From Octopus sinensis (taxonomy: Eukaryota): 25,152 nt of DNA. The stretch lies in contig NW_021836363.1 of NCBI RefSeq assembly GCF_006345805.1, positions 1 to 25,152 of the forward strand, given 5' to 3'. The translations under genes and the position numbers were made by a program. Positions 24,167 to 25,152 of the stretch are shown one piece after another (position 1 is the stretch's first letter; each line of letters starts with the position of its first letter). The notes beneath the pieces were generated by a model that was not told the origin of the DNA, did no database searches, and saw only the letters and a program-made list of their open reading frames with translations.

Positions 24167-24952
24167 AAGTGTGTGTATATGTAATGTGTTTATATTTAAA
24201 AAAAAATAATAAATGCCCCCTTTTCAAGCCTAGCCAGGCTCATGGGCCCAGTTTCCTGGTTTCTGTGGCGTATGTGTTCCCCCCAGCTGGACAGGACGCC
24301 TGTCCATCGCAGCGTTACTCAAGAAACAGGAAGAGAGAGTGAGAGAAAGATGGGGCGAAAGAGTAGAACAGGGGTTACCCTGCTTGAGTGAGAGGGTGAG
24401 AATAAGAGAGAGTGAGAGAGGGGCAAGGGAGAGAGAGGGTAAGAGAGAGAGAGAGAGGGTGAGAGTGAGTGAGAGAGGGTGAGAGGGAGAGAGAGGGTAA
24501 GAATGAGAGAGAGAGTGAGAGGGTATGAGGGAGAGAGAGAGAGAGAGAGGATGAGAGTGAGAGAGAGGGCAAAAGTGAGTGATAGAGTGAGTGAGAGGTG
24601 GGGAGACAGATATGTCCCGGCTCTCTGTCGGGTCACAACAACAAGGAACAGCCTGCTCATGAAATTAACATGCAAGTGGCTGAGTACTCCACAGTCACAC
24701 ATACCCATAACATAGATCTCAGGGAGATTCAGCGTGAAACGGAATGTAACATTCAGGCCACCTCCCTCCCTCCTCCCCTCCTTCTCCCCCCTCCCTCTCC
24801 CCCTCTCTCTCCCCTCTCACACTTTCTTACTGTACCTCTCTACCTCTCTCTCTCACATTCCAGCAACATCATTCCGTTACGTGTCGCAACGACCCAATGT
24901 CCCCAGATCCGCAGAAACAAACCACGGCCTCAGTAAGTTATCTCCTCTCAAA
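9089..24952 (+). CDS. PITRM1: Presequence protease, mitochondrial (pitrilysin metallopeptidase 1, M16C), exons 1-9; 3' part beyond window. join(9089..9147,12190..12268,13746..13852,14966..15117,17275..17389,19019..19115,21231..21391,23896..24022,24864..24952)
   Basis: Nine GT-AG exons give a continuous 986-nt frame. It contains the inverted zinc motif [48 protein letters not shown] and HYHPSN, all hallmark PreP/PITRM1 segments, plus an N-terminal basic presequence. Confidence 0.95.
9440..11340 (+). repeat. Head-to-tail array of ~184-bp SINE-derived units (family B) in intron 1: 7 units + 1 partial, with one 484-bp interruption
   Basis: GTTCAAAT anchors at 9479, 9663, 9847, 10033, 10707, 10892 and 11074 (spacing 182-186 nt apart from the insertion). 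Confidence 0.9.
11465..12115 (+). mobile_element. Dispersed repeat (family C, begins CATCATCGTTTAACGTCC) containing a 68-bp minisatellite
   Basis: The start is homologous to 13216-13435 and, inverted, to 12920-13150 and about 23610-23870. Confidence 0.7.
11701..12040. repeat. 68-bp GC-rich minisatellite x5 (plus a degenerate unit at 11638-11700)
   Basis: Units start at 11701, 11769, 11837, 11905 and 11973 (GTGCCACCTGCATGGAAGCC...CATCTTAC). The first four are nearly identical. Confidence 0.95.
12190..12268 (+). CDS. PITRM1: PITRM1 exon 2 ([26 protein letters not shown])
   Basis: ttctctttacAG / AAG|GTAAGC; GDKIHGYTV motif. Confidence 0.93.
12290..12712. repeat. (CAC/CAT/TAC)n compound microsatellite, intron 2
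   Basis: Directly visible. It explains ORFs 12154..12828, 12173..12727 and 12276..12500. Confidence 0.92.
12920..13435. mobile_element. Two family-C repeats in inverted orientation separated by (ATT)n
   Basis: 13015-13073 is the near-perfect reverse complement of 13287-13346, and about 13110-13143 pairs with about 13216-13250. Confidence 0.8.
13432..13724. repeat. (ATT)n microsatellite directly upstream of exon 3
   Basis: Directly visible. Confidence 0.95.
13746..13852 (+). CDS. PITRM1: PITRM1 exon 3 ([36 protein letters not shown])
   Basis: gctgttgtAG / GG|GTTAGC; xPEL..HDxTGAxHLHLxRxDxNN motif. Missed by the ORF track. Confidence 0.93.
13878..14297 (-). mobile_element. SINE family A, antisense, 25 nt downstream of the exon 3 donor
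   Basis: Reverse complement of 8232-8734. Confidence 0.85.
14966..15117 (+). CDS. PITRM1: PITRM1 exon 4 ([50 protein letters not shown]), zinc-binding HxxEH
   Basis: ctaattgacAG / ACAG|GTATAT; M16 HxxEH motif. Confidence 0.97.
15234..15636 (-). mobile_element. SINE family A, full length, antisense
   Basis: Reverse complement of 23155-23568. Confidence 0.85.
16135..17160 (-). mobile_element. Decayed mariner (D,D34D) transposon, 5'-truncated
   Basis: Minus-strand translation gives [29 protein letters not shown] and HQDNA*PH-(34 aa spacing)[23 protein letters not shown]. It carries in-frame stops and frameshifts. A TIR-like end TATTGGGTCATCCCATAAATAATG follows TA at about 16135. Confidence 0.9.
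17275..17389 (+). CDS. PITRM1: PITRM1 exon 5 ([38 protein letters not shown])
   Basis: cacgcatAG / AG|GTAAGA; YPFSTQN..DF.NLL..YLDA motif. Confidence 0.95.
17494..17805 (-). mobile_element. tRNA-derived SINE (family D); partial second copy from 24213
   Basis: Minus-strand head GTGGAGGCGCAATGGCCCAGCGG...GGTTTCGATTCCC (A and B boxes). The body is repeated at 24213-24378. Confidence 0.8.
17959..18351 (-). mobile_element. Non-autonomous Helitron, copy 2 (shared 3' end, different 5' body)
   Basis: It has the same hairpin-CTAG terminus as copies 1 and 3, a 5' TC end, and sits at an A|T site. Confidence 0.75.
18368..18960 (-). mobile_element. Non-autonomous Helitron, copy 3, with ~100-bp internal tandem repeat x4
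   Basis: TC...hairpin-CTAG at an A|T site. ATGCATTAAAA anchors at 18456, 18558, 18656 and 18756. Confidence 0.82.
19019..19115 (+). CDS. PITRM1: PITRM1 exon 6 ([33 protein letters not shown])
   Basis: ttttcctattgtAG / TTT|GTAAGT. It contains the distal zinc-ligand Glu motif VFNEMKG. Confidence 0.96.
19300..19610 (-). mobile_element. CR1/L2-like LINE 3' fragment
   Basis: Minus-strand [28 protein letters not shown] matches the CR1/L2 ORF2 C-terminal FF..RV...WN.LP motif. Confidence 0.75.
19810..20200 (-). mobile_element. SINE family B head + two tandem units, antisense
   Basis: Reverse complement of the intron 1 array unit, with the head TGGCGAGCTGGCAGAAACGTTAGCACG at about 20170-20200. Confidence 0.82.
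20620..20912 (+). mobile_element. SINE family A, 5'-truncated
   Basis: Matches 8365-8734. Confidence 0.82.
21231..21391 (+). CDS. PITRM1: PITRM1 exon 7 ([54 protein letters not shown])
   Basis: (CT)-rich tract, ttacAG / AA|GTAAGT; TY..VSGGDP..IPDLTW..L..FH..HYHPSN motif. Confidence 0.96.
21736..22575. mobile_element. Second copy of the TA-bounded MITE, with nested SINE
   Basis: TIRs TACCATAAATCCTCGAGTGTA (21736) and TATACTCGAGGATTTACGGTA (22555-22575). 21736-21990 and 22490-22575 are reverse complements of parts of 6151-6665. Confidence 0.8.
22158..22490 (-). mobile_element. SINE family A nested in the MITE
   Basis: Reverse complement of family A, with internal deletions. Confidence 0.8.
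22806..22873 (+). ncRNA. Minimal type I hammerhead ribozyme motif (intact catalytic core) in PITRM1 intron 7
   Basis: Stem I CCACA(22810-14)/TGTGG(22860-64), extended by TAGG/CCTA. Core CTGATGA at 22815-21. Stem II GGCT/AGCC plus GGGT/ACCC with loop TTAAAT. GAAA at 22849-52. Helix III AC/GT closes CTG. Predicted cleavage after GUU at 22859. Confidence 0.8.
23155..23568 (+). mobile_element. SINE family A, full length
   Basis: Runs from head GGCGCAGGAGTGGCTGTGTGG to tail AAACAAGTAAAAGAGTA. Confidence 0.87.
23896..24022 (+). CDS. PITRM1: PITRM1 exon 8 ([43 protein letters not shown])
   Basis: ctattcttgtAG / CCT|GTGAGT; F.TYGN.PLE.HL motif. Confidence 0.95.
24864..24952 (+). CDS. PITRM1: PITRM1 exon 9 ([29 protein letters not shown])
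   Basis: ctcacattccAG / AA|GTAAGT; TC..D....DP.KQTT.SVS.LL motif. Confidence 0.88.
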
Positions 24953-25152
24953 GTAAGTGTTTTTCTGATTTTTCCCGTGTTTTTACCCCTTGTTTTATTA
25001 ATATATTATCATAAGAGATTGTCCTCCCATGTGGTTAAGAAGTTTGCTTTTCAACTACATAGTTTTGGGTTCAATCCCACTGTATGGCACCTTCAGCAAG
25101 TGTTTTTTTTTTTCTTTATTGCTCACAAGGAGCTAAACATAGAAGGGACAAA

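Overview
Eukaryotic, intron-rich, repeat-dense genomic DNA. The repeat landscape (tRNA-derived SINEs with internal microsatellites, very long TA/CTA/GA tracts) resembles octopus or another coleoid cephalopod; this is recall-based inference, not a search result. Two + strand genes are present. (1) A distal coding exon of an AQP11/12-type 'unorthodox' aquaporin (112-290). (2) The first nine coding exons of PITRM1, the mitochondrial presequence protease (M16C), at 9089-24952: all splice sites are GT-AG, the phases are consistent (986 nt, about 328 codons), and the gene runs off the right edge. The rest is mobile and repetitive DNA: a 5'-truncated Penelope-like retroelement (GIY-YIG), a decayed D,D34D mariner, three non-autonomous Helitrons, a TA-flanked MITE family, a CR1/L2-like tail, many SINEs (including a head-to-tail array) and microsatellites. 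Most ORFs in the supplied track are microsatellite artefacts. The most notable items are two hammerhead ribozyme motifs: one with an intact core on the sense strand of PITRM1 intron 7, and one degenerate at the 3' end of the Penelope element. Several long inverted repeats inside the PITRM1 pre-mRNA are also of interest. I see no evidence of a novel multi-gene system or a CRISPR array.
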